Positions 34,513 to 44,900 of a DNA stretch of 64,000 nucleotides are shown here, one piece after another (position 1 is the stretch's first letter; each line of letters starts with the position of its first letter). The DNA lies in IMG/VR virus record IMGVR_UViG_3300050034_000334; one strand, given 5' to 3'. Position numbers and translations under genes: made by a program. This DNA comes from a virus. Its lineage: Duplodnaviria; Caudoviricetes. Under the pieces are notes generated by a model. That model had not been told where the DNA came from. It searched no databases and was given only the letters and a program-made list of their open reading frames with translations.

Positions 34513-35298
34513 TCAGTTGGAAGTTATCAACCACTTAGAGAAGTCAAAGTCAGTGGTTGGATAGGTCCCTGTTGTCAGAGCCACCACTTCCAATGGTCCG
34601 GCTATGCGGGGGATTTCGATTTCCGTAAACTCGACATCCGGACTCACTAGCTTCTCGAGCAGTTCAAAGTGCCGCTCGTAGATATGGGCTGAATCGGACA
34701 CGTGATGATAGGTTCCCAGCTGTAACTCTGGATAGGCTACAAGCAGGGCATTGTGTACCATCTCATGGATGAAGCTGAAAGCTGGAGCATCGTTGCCCAT
34801 GCCGTACACCATGTCTTGCGACCGCATGCGGACTGACATATTCAGCTTGTTGTCACGAATGCGGAAGCCAATGCACATCGTGCAAGGCACGTCCTTCGCC
34901 TCGGCGATAAGATGCGTGTGGTCAAGGATGGTAATGTAGGCACGGCGGGAATCCTTATCCCGGCCAAGTTCTTCCACCACCCAGTTGAACCCCTTCATGC
35001 GGAAGGCATACAGTCCATAGTTGGAATTCAACCGTCCCTTGTGAACGATGTTCTTCCATATCGACGCCTTGTCGCAGATGGATAGGTCATAGGGATCTCC
35101 GTTCAGGTACCAACGGAACTCATCCTTGATGTATCCTAACTTGAGGTTGCGGGGAACGAAGCTGGGGAATCTAACATAGGGAGGGAGTTCATAGGCGAAG
35201 TTCTCAACCTCCAAAACTGTGAGACCCCTGGGTTTGACTAACTTCCCATTTCTGTGGATTGTTTGGTAGATATCCTGCCAGATATCCTTCTGAGTCAT
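34513..35298 (-). CDS. thyA: Thymidylate synthase-family protein (dUMP-type, Asn specificity residue)
   Basis: DSRRA, DVPCT, MRSQD..YG..ND and SAHIYERH motifs. Confidence 0.8.
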   Translation of the reverse strand: MTQKDIWQDIYQTIHRNGKLVKPRGLTVLEVENFAYELPPYVRFPSFVPRNLKLGYIKDEFRWYLNGDPYDLSICDKASIWKNIVHKGRLNSNYGLYAFRMKGFNWVVEELGRDKDSRRAYITILDHTHLIAEAKDVPCTMCIGFRIRDNKLNMSVRMRSQDMVYGMGNDAPAFSFIHEMVHNALLVAYPELQLGTYHHVSDSAHIYERHFELLEKLVSPDVEFTEIEIPRIAGPLEVVALTTGTYPTTDFDFSKWLITSN

Positions 35299-35317
35299 GG
35301 TTCACACCTCGTTTGAG

Positions 35318-35647
35318 TTACGCGGCGGAACCCTCCTCCCTTGTATCTAGGAAACGAGCTTTCTGTCGCTTTCCTTTAGATACTGTAGAGGTTCTCACAG
35401 ACGTGCGTTTCTTACTTCTACTTGGTCTCTTCTTTTTAGAAGGCACGATGGTCAGCTTGGGTCTTGCAGCACGTTCGGCCTTGTAGTCTTCCCACGAAAG
35501 GTCCGCCAAGAGATGATACCTTGAGGGACAGATGTAGGCATCAAATAATTCGGTTTCAGGCCGCAGGTTTGGGTTCTCACGAGAGCCTCCGCAAGCTGGG
35601 CATTGGGCTGGTCGAGGAGCCGCCTGTTTGACGATAGACTTTGCCAT
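35318..35647 (-). CDS. Basic zinc-ribbon hypothetical protein
   Basis: CPACGG...CPSRYH. Confidence 0.55.
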   Translation of the reverse strand: MAKSIVKQAAPRPAQCPACGGSRENPNLRPETELFDAYICPSRYHLLADLSWEDYKAERAARPKLTIVPSKKKRPSRSKKRTSVRTSTVSKGKRQKARFLDTREEGSAA

Positions 35648-35707
35648 CTTACCTCCAAAGAAAAGAGGTCATCACGAGGACGACCTCCCTGCAAGTATAC
35701 TACGGAT

Positions 35708-36916
35708 TCATTCACTTTTGTGGCTGTATAGGCCTCTCTCTAGTCGTTCAAAATTCACCTTGCCACCTTTGAGAGCAGTGTGTAGAGCATTGTGCATATT
35801 GTTGAGAGGATGCTTGCCAGCTGGAGCTATCCCCTTCTCATCCTTGAGATGATCAAGTATCTGAGAAATGGATAGAGCCACCGGAGATCGTTCAGCCAGG
35901 TACTTGTCAGCCTCTGCTATGATTTGCGACGGAGGGAGCAATCGAATCGCCCTGACTGTGGCCGGTGCTGCGTGTATCACAGGAGGAGGCGTCGGTGGAG
36001 CAACAGCGAGGACTGGCTCTGCTGGCGTCTCCACCTTGGGTGTCATGGGAGTTTCCACATAAGACAGAGCGATGAGAGCCATCGAAAGTTGTTCAATGAC
36101 GAGTGAGATGGATTTGAACTCCTTCCGTTCGGTTTCATTCAGTTCCTGCAAACTGCGAATGGTCCGGTCTCTATCCAGGATGTGAATCTTCAATTCATCA
36201 GCACGGTCTACATACCTGTTGTGCTCCTGGCCGATAACCTGGTTGCGGGAATCGATTGCCACCCGATCTGGGACCTTCATGTCCTCCCAAGGTGTACCGT
36301 TGGCGGTGGTGAGAGGTTTCGGAGCAACTGGTGGAGCCGGTAGCACGACTGGCTTCGGAACGATAGGAGGCGCTGCTTGAACTTTTGGAGGTTCCACGAT
36401 ATCCTCAATTGTTTGAAGGTGAGAAGGGACATGATCAGCATGTGCAGCCCTTTCAATGCTGGATCGGTCCACATGTGTAGATGCTGGCGAGAATTCCGAG
36501 AACAGATCCTTCCGGTCTTGCTTTGGAATTACTGAGACTGGAATCAAAGCTGCGCCACTGAACTTGTTGGCCGATTCAACAATAGCCAGTATGTCGCTCT
36601 CAGTTTTGGGCTCTGGAACAGCGACTACATCAGTTTGCTTCTTGGCTAGCAGTGGATTCGTCCATCCCATGGCGTCGTCTAGGACACCGGGCTTCAACAT
36701 CTTGTTGAGATAGCTTATGAAGTTCGCTCCCGATCGAATGTCATTGCCGGAAGTGTGAGCATTTGGTGCAATAATCTGTCGCCTTACAGGAGCAAGGGCA
36801 TAGTTGGGATGGATAACATACTTTTGGTGATCGCCCTTTTTCTGGGATTTCGGCTTGATTATCTTGCTGCGCAGAAGGGCCTTGATTATCTCCTGGCAGT
36901 CGTTAGATTTGTTCAT
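35708..36916 (-). CDS. Hypothetical protein with possible C-terminal winged helix
   Basis: 402-aa ORF; LSISQILDHL...FERLERGLYS tail. Confidence 0.65.
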   Translation of the reverse strand: MNKSNDCQEIIKALLRSKIIKPKSQKKGDHQKYVIHPNYALAPVRRQIIAPNAHTSGNDIRSGANFISYLNKMLKPGVLDDAMGWTNPLLAKKQTDVVAVPEPKTESDILAIVESANKFSGAALIPVSVIPKQDRKDLFSEFSPASTHVDRSSIERAAHADHVPSHLQTIEDIVEPPKVQAAPPIVPKPVVLPAPPVAPKPLTTANGTPWEDMKVPDRVAIDSRNQVIGQEHNRYVDRADELKIHILDRDRTIRSLQELNETERKEFKSISLVIEQLSMALIALSYVETPMTPKVETPAEPVLAVAPPTPPPVIHAAPATVRAIRLLPPSQIIAEADKYLAERSPVALSISQILDHLKDEKGIAPAGKHPLNNMHNALHTALKGGKVNFERLERGLYSHKSE

Positions 36917-37155
36917 CTGAAATCTCTGGCATGAGGACAGGTGTTGAGGAAGGTGGTGTCAGGAGTCTTCATATCTCCGATGTGAAGGTTGTTCTTGGTA
37001 CATTCTGGACAGGCACCAATGTCGTGATCAAGGCTGGCAAAGGTGACGTCTCCCTTACTCAGTCTGGTGATGGCTTCGTCGTAGTTCCTGGCCCACTCGG
37101 CTCCAATGAAGCCAAATTTCCAGGGTTCACGAAGATCATCTAGCCACAGCCTCAT
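36913..37155 (-). CDS. Cyclic-phosphate-processing receiver-like domain, probably C-truncated
   Basis: MRLWLDDLR.P...WARNYDEAI...ASLDHDIG. Confidence 0.6.
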   Translation of the reverse strand: MRLWLDDLREPWKFGFIGAEWARNYDEAITRLSKGDVTFASLDHDIGACPECTKNNLHIGDMKTPDTTFLNTCPHARDFR

Positions 37156-37629
37156 TCAACTCCTCATTGCTCTCAATCTCAGCAGTACATCGGTGTCTTG
37201 GCTGCTGATTCCGTCACAGATCAGATCAGTAGTGATCGAAGCCAGGTACGGTCGATTGCCCCTGCGAATGCTATCTGCACTCATCTTGGTAATTATACCT
37301 CTTGCCACCCCAGACCCAAGGTCGTCTACCGTGGTCCTCCAGTTATTGCGAGTGTTGTGGCGAGTGTTCAGGGCATTCTTGATGAGATCCACGACGCTTC
37401 CGTCCAGCTTCATGCTCTTGCCTGTGACGGTGGCAGCCCTTTCCATACCACTGAGGTCAGGCACTATCAGAACGAAGAAACGCTTCGGATGGCGTGAGAG
37501 AGCAGCGACCTCGGGAGATGTTCCTTCCCATCTAACTTCGACCGGGCCTTGAATATCGTCCAGCACAGGCTCTAACTCCAAGACTGTGGGACCAACGAAG
37601 TCAGTGCGTATTTGTAGGTCACAATTCAT
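37156..37629 (-). CDS. Hypothetical protein
   Basis: ORF track. Confidence 0.6.
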   Translation of the reverse strand: MNCDLQIRTDFVGPTVLELEPVLDDIQGPVEVRWEGTSPEVAALSRHPKRFFVLIVPDLSGMERAATVTGKSMKLDGSVVDLIKNALNTRHNTRNNWRTTVDDLGSGVARGIITKMSADSIRRGNRPYLASITTDLICDGISSQDTDVLLRLRAMRS

Positions 37630-37736
37630 GTTTCACTTATCCAGTGAATTAGGCAAGAACGCTGTATCGGATGGAACAGCATCGACTATGCTGCGTGTTT
37701 TCTTATGTGATTTCTAATACCGTTTTCGGCGTGAAA

Positions 37737-37955
37737 TCAGAAGTTGTCCGGAATGCTGTGAATCCTGCGAGTGTACTTGTTATGATCTGCCAACTGAGCA
37801 GCAATCTCTGTCAACAGATCGATAGCAACAGCGATACCAATCACAGTCGACAAGGTGCGCTTGACCTCTTCCTCACCCGCATTGTGAGGTTCGGGGATAG
37901 CATTCAAGGATGCTTCCAAGATTTTGGGGATGTTACGAATTTCCTCCGATGTCAT
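37737..37955 (-). CDS. Hypothetical protein
   Basis: ORF track. Confidence 0.5.
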   Translation of the reverse strand: MTSEEIRNIPKILEASLNAIPEPHNAGEEEVKRTLSTVIGIAVAIDLLTEIAAQLADHNKYTRRIHSIPDNF

Positions 37956-38065
37956 ATCTCCCTTTCAGATAACTCATCCCCGGCCTGAGCCAGAGTTTCT
38001 CACGGACGATCATCTCGATCATGCGACGTTCAGACGCTTCCACTTCTTGTTCTCGAGCGTAGAGG

Positions 38066-38371
38066 TTAGCCATAGGGCACCAGTTCTGTAACTTTGTAGA
38101 CAGTGATAGGTTTCCCACTGTAGTCGTGGGCAACTGTCTCAGTCAACAAGTCAACCACATGTTCAGCCTTGGCTTCATCAGTGAAGTAGGCTCCATCCTC
38201 CCAAAGATTGAGGCAACTGACCTGATCAATCTGGTTGTAGTATGTGATGATGAACACACGCAAAGGAGGCGGTGGAGGCTCACGATACTTGTTGTGTGCG
38301 GCCTCGGGGCATGACTCCAGATGAGTTCCTCCAGAGTACATGCAGCCAGGGCAGCTTTGAAGTCCGATCAT
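38066..38371 (-). CDS. Hypothetical protein
   Basis: ORF track. Confidence 0.5.
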   Translation of the reverse strand: MIGLQSCPGCMYSGGTHLESCPEAAHNKYREPPPPPLRVFIITYYNQIDQVSCLNLWEDGAYFTDEAKAEHVVDLLTETVAHDYSGKPITVYKVTELVPYG

Positions 38372-39939
38372 AGCAACTCGTCGTCGAAGTCCAGAATCAG
38401 TTTGCGCCGGGGTGCACCAGGAGTGGTCGTTGGAGTGATTTCTGGTGTAGGAACGGCTGCTGGAGTTGGCTCCAATTGCTTCTTGAGGTCGTCAAGCGAA
38501 AGAATTCTGTCCTCTGGCTTGAGTTCCGGCTTCTCGTCAACAACTCTCGGTGGCAACGCTGGGCTGTCAAGCAAGACTTCGGCAACTTCTCCATACTGAG
38601 GATCATCCTGTGGTAACGGGTCTGGGTCTGGACCCTTCTGTATCTCTTTGTCCAACTCAGTCACATCCGGAAGAGGCTCGGCATCTCCAGCTTCCATAGC
38701 CAGGATCATCTCCATCCGATCACGGGCTGTCTTGTCCACGTTCACGACAACTGGGTCTGGACCCTGTTCTCCCTGTTGATCTACGCTGTCTACGAAGTTG
38801 TCAACCTGCTTCTGGAAGGATCCGTCTTCAGCCTCGTATTCGTCATCAGGGAGGAACGGTGTCGTCCCTCTCACAACATCCTTGGGCTCATTCAGGATCT
38901 CAACAGGCTGAGGGGAGCCGAACTTGACGAAGGTGCCCTTGAGTTCAGGATTCACATCATCCGGAAGGGTGAAGACGATGGTGTTCACCGGAGGAGTGAA
39001 TATGCTCGGATGAGTTGATGTCACCGTGGTTGTGTCGGCAACGAATGATCTCGATTCGACCGTCGAGGAGACAATCGTCCCAGATTGATCCGTCACGGCT
39101 GTTCCATGCTTCTCAGTTTGGACAGTTCCGTGATTCTCAGTCTGAACAATGAACGGTTTCTCTGGTGGAGTGTAGGGAGGGATCGCCGGTGGTTGAGGCG
39201 GAGGATTCAGTATGGGCCTCTGGCTAACGAAATTGGGCGGACCATCTTCCTTGTCCTCTTCCTGATGATGCATGCCCTTTCTAACCAGGGCCTGGGCTGC
39301 AGGATCAGAGGTCACACCATATTCAGGAAGCCTTCCAACCCAACTGGCATTGGCCTGATCCTGACCCATCTTGTACTTTTCCTGCTGAGACTTCTTGTGT
39401 TCCTTGATCTGCTCCATCTGTACATTGAGAGCGGTAACCAGGGACTCCACTTCCATGTTCAAACCGCTGAACAGACGCGAGAACTCGCTATCCGCCAGGG
39501 CCTTGACCGCTGATGTGGGCAACTTGGCCTTGGTCTCCTCGAGAACCTCGTTGGCCGCCAGCGTGTACCAGGCGACGAAGGAGGCTGACAGAGTCTTGCT
39601 CTTGACCAGAGCGTTGTTCAGCAGAGCTCTGAAGTGGAGGATGTGCTGGGTCAACTTGGAACAGTCGGTGTTCACCCGCTCCATGGCGACGCTCAGCTGG
39701 ATCTGATACTGAGACTCGGTCCCTGGCACCACGTCGTTCCTGAGTTCGATACGAGACACTTCGTCAAGTTCCTTTTCGAGACGATTGTAGTAATCGTCGT
39801 ACGAAATGGATCCACCCTCGGTGTTGTACTTCAGTGAATCACTCAGCAACTGAATTTGCGTCAGCACATAAGAGCCGGACAGTAGATTCTCGGCCATCAG
39901 GCTGTTTAGCAAAGAGGAAGTTGAACCAGCATTACTCAT
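38368..39939 (-). CDS. Helical/coiled-coil N-domain plus Pro/Thr/acidic low-complexity C-domain protein
   Basis: 523-aa ORF. Confidence 0.75.
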   Translation of the reverse strand: MSNAGSTSSLLNSLMAENLLSGSYVLTQIQLLSDSLKYNTEGGSISYDDYYNRLEKELDEVSRIELRNDVVPGTESQYQIQLSVAMERVNTDCSKLTQHILHFRALLNNALVKSKTLSASFVAWYTLAANEVLEETKAKLPTSAVKALADSEFSRLFSGLNMEVESLVTALNVQMEQIKEHKKSQQEKYKMGQDQANASWVGRLPEYGVTSDPAAQALVRKGMHHQEEDKEDGPPNFVSQRPILNPPPQPPAIPPYTPPEKPFIVQTENHGTVQTEKHGTAVTDQSGTIVSSTVESRSFVADTTTVTSTHPSIFTPPVNTIVFTLPDDVNPELKGTFVKFGSPQPVEILNEPKDVVRGTTPFLPDDEYEAEDGSFQKQVDNFVDSVDQQGEQGPDPVVVNVDKTARDRMEMILAMEAGDAEPLPDVTELDKEIQKGPDPDPLPQDDPQYGEVAEVLLDSPALPPRVVDEKPELKPEDRILSLDDLKKQLEPTPAAVPTPEITPTTTPGAPRRKLILDFDDELL

Positions 39940-40142
39940 CAGGCTTTCTCCACAGGTACAAATCTGAATTCGACACCTTGTTGAATGAATGGTGCAGCTG
40001 CTACGGCATAGAAGAATTCGGCTTCTTCACGAGACTTGGGAGGTTCCAATCTCCTCCACTCAGTCTCACCCGGTCCCTTTCCCTCGAGGTATACCAGTTC
40101 CTTCGGGTCAAGGTCGTCGACGATGCCGTTAAGATGCTGCAT
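39939..40142 (-). CDS. Hypothetical protein
   Basis: Fills the gap; start MQHLNG. Confidence 0.5.
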   Translation of the reverse strand: MQHLNGIVDDLDPKELVYLEGKGPGETEWRRLEPPKSREEAEFFYAVAAAPFIQQGVEFRFVPVEKA

Positions 40143-40464
40143 CAGGAGCTTTCTCCTCAGGAACGGACTGAGCCACCAGGAACTTGTGCATCTTGGCAAA
40201 GCGAGTCTCAGACATCTCCCACAGTTCCTTGAATTCCCTGGCGCCAAGGTTGCCGGTGGCAAATCGACTGGTGAGGATCGTCTGGAAGGTGGTGAGGAAC
40301 ATCTTCAGCCCTTCATCAACCACCTGTTCAATTTTCTCAAGAGGGATTGGATCAGCGTCAGGTGCTTTTGAAGTGAGATTGCAGAAATAGTCACTGCCTT
40401 TTCCGTAGTCTTTGTCAGACACGGAGATGGAAACTGTCATGGATGTGATACCAAGTTGAGCCAT
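40129..40464 (-). CDS. Hypothetical protein
   Basis: GAGGA RBS. Confidence 0.6.
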   Translation of the reverse strand: MAQLGITSMTVSISVSDKDYGKGSDYFCNLTSKAPDADPIPLEKIEQVVDEGLKMFLTTFQTILTSRFATGNLGAREFKELWEMSETRFAKMHKFLVAQSVPEEKAPDAAS

Positions 40465-40492
40465 TGCTTTCCTCTATGAACCGATACTGGTG

Positions 40493-40780
40493 TTATGGAG
40501 AGACAGTGAAATTGACACTCACATACTTCAAGGGGAGAATTGGAATGAGGATAACTTGATCTGCTGGCAACCTATCGTCGTAGATGACTGCCTTGTAGTC
40601 TTCACGCCTAATGCCAGGGAACATCAGAGCCACCTCTTCATGAGGTAGGATCCGCTGATGCTCGCTGTCAAATTCGATGTAGTCTGGCTCACCATCGTCT
40701 GTGGCAAATCCACATCCTTGATGACAGCGCAAGTGAGGCACCGGGCATTGGTTGGCAGCTACTCCGATGCAGTGCTTCAC
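40493..40780 (-). CDS. Hypothetical protein
   Basis: ORF track. Confidence 0.5.
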   Translation of the reverse strand: MKHCIGVAANQCPVPHLRCHQGCGFATDDGEPDYIEFDSEHQRILPHEEVALMFPGIRREDYKAVIYDDRLPADQVILIPILPLKYVSVNFTVSP

Positions 40781-40853
40781 TGATGGCCCCTACTTTCATG
40801 GATCCTTCTGGCTGCATCTTCCCACGCGGCCTCATACGTGGGACCCTCACCAA

Positions 40854-41060
40854 TCACTTTGGCATCAAGTTCATCACTTTCGTAGATTTCTGACCAGGCC
40901 TTCTTTCCTGATCCTCCACCAAAGTGGGTGGCAAGAGGGTAGACTTCCCAGACGGGTTCTCAACTCTCTCCACACCAGGAGTGGGACCGTAGCAGGCACC
41001 ACCCGGCTCATAGAGTGCAGCCGCTGGACCATTAGGCTTTAGACGATGAACTTTCTTCAT
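40854..41060 (-). CDS. Hypothetical protein
   Basis: ORF track. Confidence 0.4.
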   Translation of the reverse strand: MKKVHRLKPNGPAAALYEPGGACYGPTPGVERVENPSGKSTLLPPTLVEDQERRPGQKSTKVMNLMPK

Positions 41061-41289
41061 GAGAGAGTCCTTTCAAGAACTTGTCGACATCCGTAACTCC
41101 AAAATGAGCCAGGGCCTTCTTCAGCTTGTCGGCGAGCTCATTGCGAACCACGTAACTCGTTCCGCAGGGGCAGCTGTCACATCCTTCTTTGCCACAGCCA
41201 GAACAAACTTCGATCTCTCGTACGCCAGCTTTCTCGGCATACTTCTTGAAATTCTCAAGCATTTCTATTTGGTGGGTTACGCTGCTCAT
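41032..41289 (-). CDS. Cys-cluster hypothetical protein
   Basis: CSGCGKEGCDSCPCG. Confidence 0.55.
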   Translation of the reverse strand: MSSVTHQIEMLENFKKYAEKAGVREIEVCSGCGKEGCDSCPCGTSYVVRNELADKLKKALAHFGVTDVDKFLKGLSHEESSSSKA

Positions 41290-41671
41290 CTGGTTTCTCT
41301 TTTCTTTCAGGAATTTGAAACTTCTCACGAGCATCAATGGCGATTTTAATCAGAGTGCTGATGCGTCGTTTGTCAAAACCACAGTGCTTGTTTTGATCAA
41401 CAGCGTTGACCAGAGCAAATCCAATAACACCCAAAACACTCTCAGGAGGGAATTCTTGACTGTAGTGGAGAGGCAATTTCACGTCAATGACACAGTTAGT
41501 CGTAGCCATTTTCTTGCACGTGTTTTCTCCCACACAAAAGTTGTAAGAGCCTGTCGTGATATTGTCTGCAGATCCTATCCCGATAGCCAAGTTACAATTG
41601 CCGGAGATGGCAGTATGTCCTAGATGGGATGGCATCGACGCCAACAGGACCGCAAATACAAATGCTCTCAT
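41255..41671 (-). CDS. Secreted hypothetical protein
   Basis: Signal-like N-terminus; TTGSYN glycine repeats. Confidence 0.5.
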   Translation of the reverse strand: MRAFVFAVLLASMPSHLGHTAISGNCNLAIGIGSADNITTGSYNFCVGENTCKKMATTNCVIDVKLPLHYSQEFPPESVLGVIGFALVNAVDQNKHCGFDKRRISTLIKIAIDAREKFQIPERKEKPDEQRNPPNRNA

Positions 41672-41967
41672 TCCTCCTCCTCGTGATCAAAGATGGAGTT
41701 GAGAGCAGAATCAGCCATCTGGCCATTGTAGGCTGCAATAATTGCTTTTTGCTCAGAATCCTCTCCACAGCACAGAACTTCAATGATGCACTCTGGGTCA
41801 TCCTCACCAAAAGGACATCCAGCATCGATCATGAGTTGAATTCCTGCAACGAGGTTGGACATCTGATGAGACGAAGCGAAGAATTCGCCGCCATTGTCAG
41901 ACTCCAGACTCTCAATGCATTTGTTTGCAATCTCCGATGCTGTCATTCTGCCTCCGGAAAATCCCAC
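41668..41967 (-). CDS. Hypothetical protein
   Basis: ORF track. Confidence 0.5.
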   Translation of the reverse strand: MGFSGGRMTASEIANKCIESLESDNGGEFFASSHQMSNLVAGIQLMIDAGCPFGEDDPECIIEVLCCGEDSEQKAIIAAYNGQMADSALNSIFDHEEEE

Positions 41968-44900
41968 TTGCCTTGGTACTTGTCTTGCATTTGAGCGAAC
42001 TTCCCGCCGCCGCGCCTGGGCTTCTTGCCACCCTCTTCAAAGATCATCTTGTAGTCGCTATCGGTGCTCGCCCTGAACAAGAGCTTCCCATCCGTGAAGC
42101 TCTTCATGCTCACACTCTTCACGTGGGCTGTGAGCATCCTTCTGAACTCTTCATCGGTACCAGCCTGATCCATTCCGGAGTCCAGGTTGATCTCGAGGTT
42201 ATTGTCCAGAATACCGGCAGAATGAGACTCTCCCAGAATTGTCTCGAAGATTCCCTTCTTTCCTTTGAGAACCTCGATGGTGTACTCATCCATGGTTCCT
42301 TTGGCAGCCATGATGTGGAGTGTGCAGGCAGAGTGTGGCGATGCCATACGGACCATCCGGCCCACCAGCTGGATGAGATCTCCCCAGGACCAGGGACAAT
42401 CTAGCAAGATCATGTGAGCCGCAGACTGGAGATTGATTCCCTCCATCCCAGCATTGTTGATGACGATGAGATCATGCTCGGCAGTGGACTGGAACAACCG
42501 CTTGTTGATATCTCTAGTCTTCTCGCTCTCAGCTCCAGTGATGCGCAGGAACTTCCGCCTGGTGAACTGGCCAGCGTTGGTGAGGGCGTCGAGACGATCG
42601 ATCCAGGTTCGGTACTTTGTGTTATGTGTAACAATGTAATCATCAGTGATATACAAAGATCGTTTGGAGGATACTCGGATGCACTGGCACTCTTTTTCTC
42701 CCACGTACTCAATTGATTTTATGGGATTGAGAACCGATTTTGCAGGGTGCCAAAGTTCTGTTTTCCTTTCAAGATGGAAGGGATTGAATGAAACCTGAAT
42801 GGTTAGACTCCAGCCAGTTGCTCCTTCTTTCCTAACTCCGTTATGAGTGTAAAATGTCCTTTCAGGTCCGCTAAAATATGCAAGTCCTCCCAAGGAACGA
42901 ACTAATTCAGCAGCGTCCAAGATCAGTTGTTTTGAAGCTGATCCTACAGTGACTTGTCCTTCGCCACAGCAGCCATCGGTGTCTAAATATCCACGGAGTA
43001 ACTCAATTCTGTCTTCAATGGAGGAATGAAGGTACTTTTCCGGAATGAATTTTGTATAAGAATCACAGCATAGGTTCATTTCCTTAATAGAGTTGAGATA
43101 CCTGTTGTTACCTCCAATGTTGTATCCTTGTTCGTCCTTTTCAGTAGGAGTAGTACTCACCAATGAGTACCCTGGATGAATATTTCCACTGGGATGTTTG
43201 TAGTACAGCTTACGATCGTGAACAGTCATCCCAATAGGACATTCTTGTTTCACTCTCTCAGCGATTTCAGAGTCGTCAACGCTAAACTCAATTCCTTTTC
43301 CGCTTGAAATATCTCCATCGCCTAATAGTACTCCCAAGGTGTAAGGAGGGATAGGGAGATCTCCATTTTGTGAGAATCGGGTTTCTTTAGCTATAGGAAG
43401 AAAGGCTTTGTTATATCGATTGACATTGCTTTCTCTGGGATCTTTCCTTTGTAATCCTCTGTCTATGATCTGTCTGGTATTTCTAACCCTCCAGGTTTTC
43501 TTGTGACTTTGTACCAACCAAAGATGATCTTCTGTAGCTTCAGTTACTGCTCCACTCTTTGTGGTTACTCGATAGATTGGTTTCACTCCTTGAGGGTAAA
43601 CTCCTATAACCTCCGCTTTCTCACCAGTGTCAGGATCCACCACTTCTGTTCCAATGTTCATTTCTCCCATTGTCTTCCAGCCAGAGGGAGTGAGGATTTT
43701 TGAATCCAAAGGTTGAGCATAGCAGATAACCTTCTCGCCAACGAGATCTCCTCCGTCTAGCAAATAGAGTAGTTCCTCCTCTTTGGGAGAGAGCTTGGGC
43801 GTGAGGAACTTTTCCTTGTCGGATGGATCCAGCAAAGCCGGGTGGTTGGCCACCAGCTGGTAGACCGACATCATGGTCATCAGGTTGTCAGGGTTGCGAT
43901 CCTTGATGATGATCTCGCCGGCAACCTTTGTCACAGAGGGAGGCAGCTGATAGGTTCCTTCGGGAATGTCATGCAGAAGGAGCTTGACCTGCTCAGCACT
44001 GAGGTCGATAGGAATGTAGCTGGTGCTCAGCTTGGGAAGAGGTTCCTTGACCTGAGCCTGGGATCGTCCAAGGAAGAACGGACGCATTCCCTCTCGAAAG
44101 TCCTTGAGGTTGTGATATCCACGCAGGACATCCTCAAAGATTCCGTTACCTCGATGCTGCTTCTCGAAGATGCAGAACTTCTCATTGAAGTCGTCGAGGT
44201 ATCCAAAGGGACGGATGTTGAGGGCGGAAGAGATCGAGTAGAACTCTGCGAGGTCATTCTTCACGACGGTGGCGGTCAGAGCCCAGACATGGTCGGTTCT
44301 GTTGCAAAGGTTGGCGATCAGTTGACGAATGGCATTGCCCACTCCCTTGAACTTTTGGCATTCATCGAGGATGATCCAAAGGTCTTCACGATTGGCCATA
44401 CAAATTCGGCAGAACTCCTTGATCTCCTCTGAGATGACCTCGGTGCCATTGTTGGTCGGGTTGCCATCAACATCGAACTGCCCCACTCCCTTCTTCCGCT
44501 TTCCAATGACAGACGTGTACTTACAGACCATCACGTCCTTCTTGGCTCCAGCAAGGAAATCGCGAAGCTGTTGCAACCGGGCCTTGTAAGAAGATTGTCC
44601 CTTGTACTCGTCCACCATCACGAACGGTCGCAGATCAGAGAACTTGGAGAATTCTGATCCCCACTGCCAGGTGGTGGACTTGGTCGTCAGAACCAGAAAC
44701 TTGGCATTGGGATGACGTTCCTTGACCCAGCAGGCAGAGGCGATGACATCAATGGTGTTGTGAGTAACAATGTGATCATCAGTGATATAGAGGTTTCGTT
44801 TAGTTGATACACGTATACACTGAGCTTCTTTTTCTCCAACAGGCTCAATGCTAACGATAGCTCTAGCAAAAAGAGGCAGTTTCCATCGTTCTGCTTTTCT

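Noticed and set aside
34513-35298. dCMP hydroxymethylase (modified-cytosine DNA)
   Set aside because: The specificity residue is Asn (GMGND), indicating a dUMP substrate.
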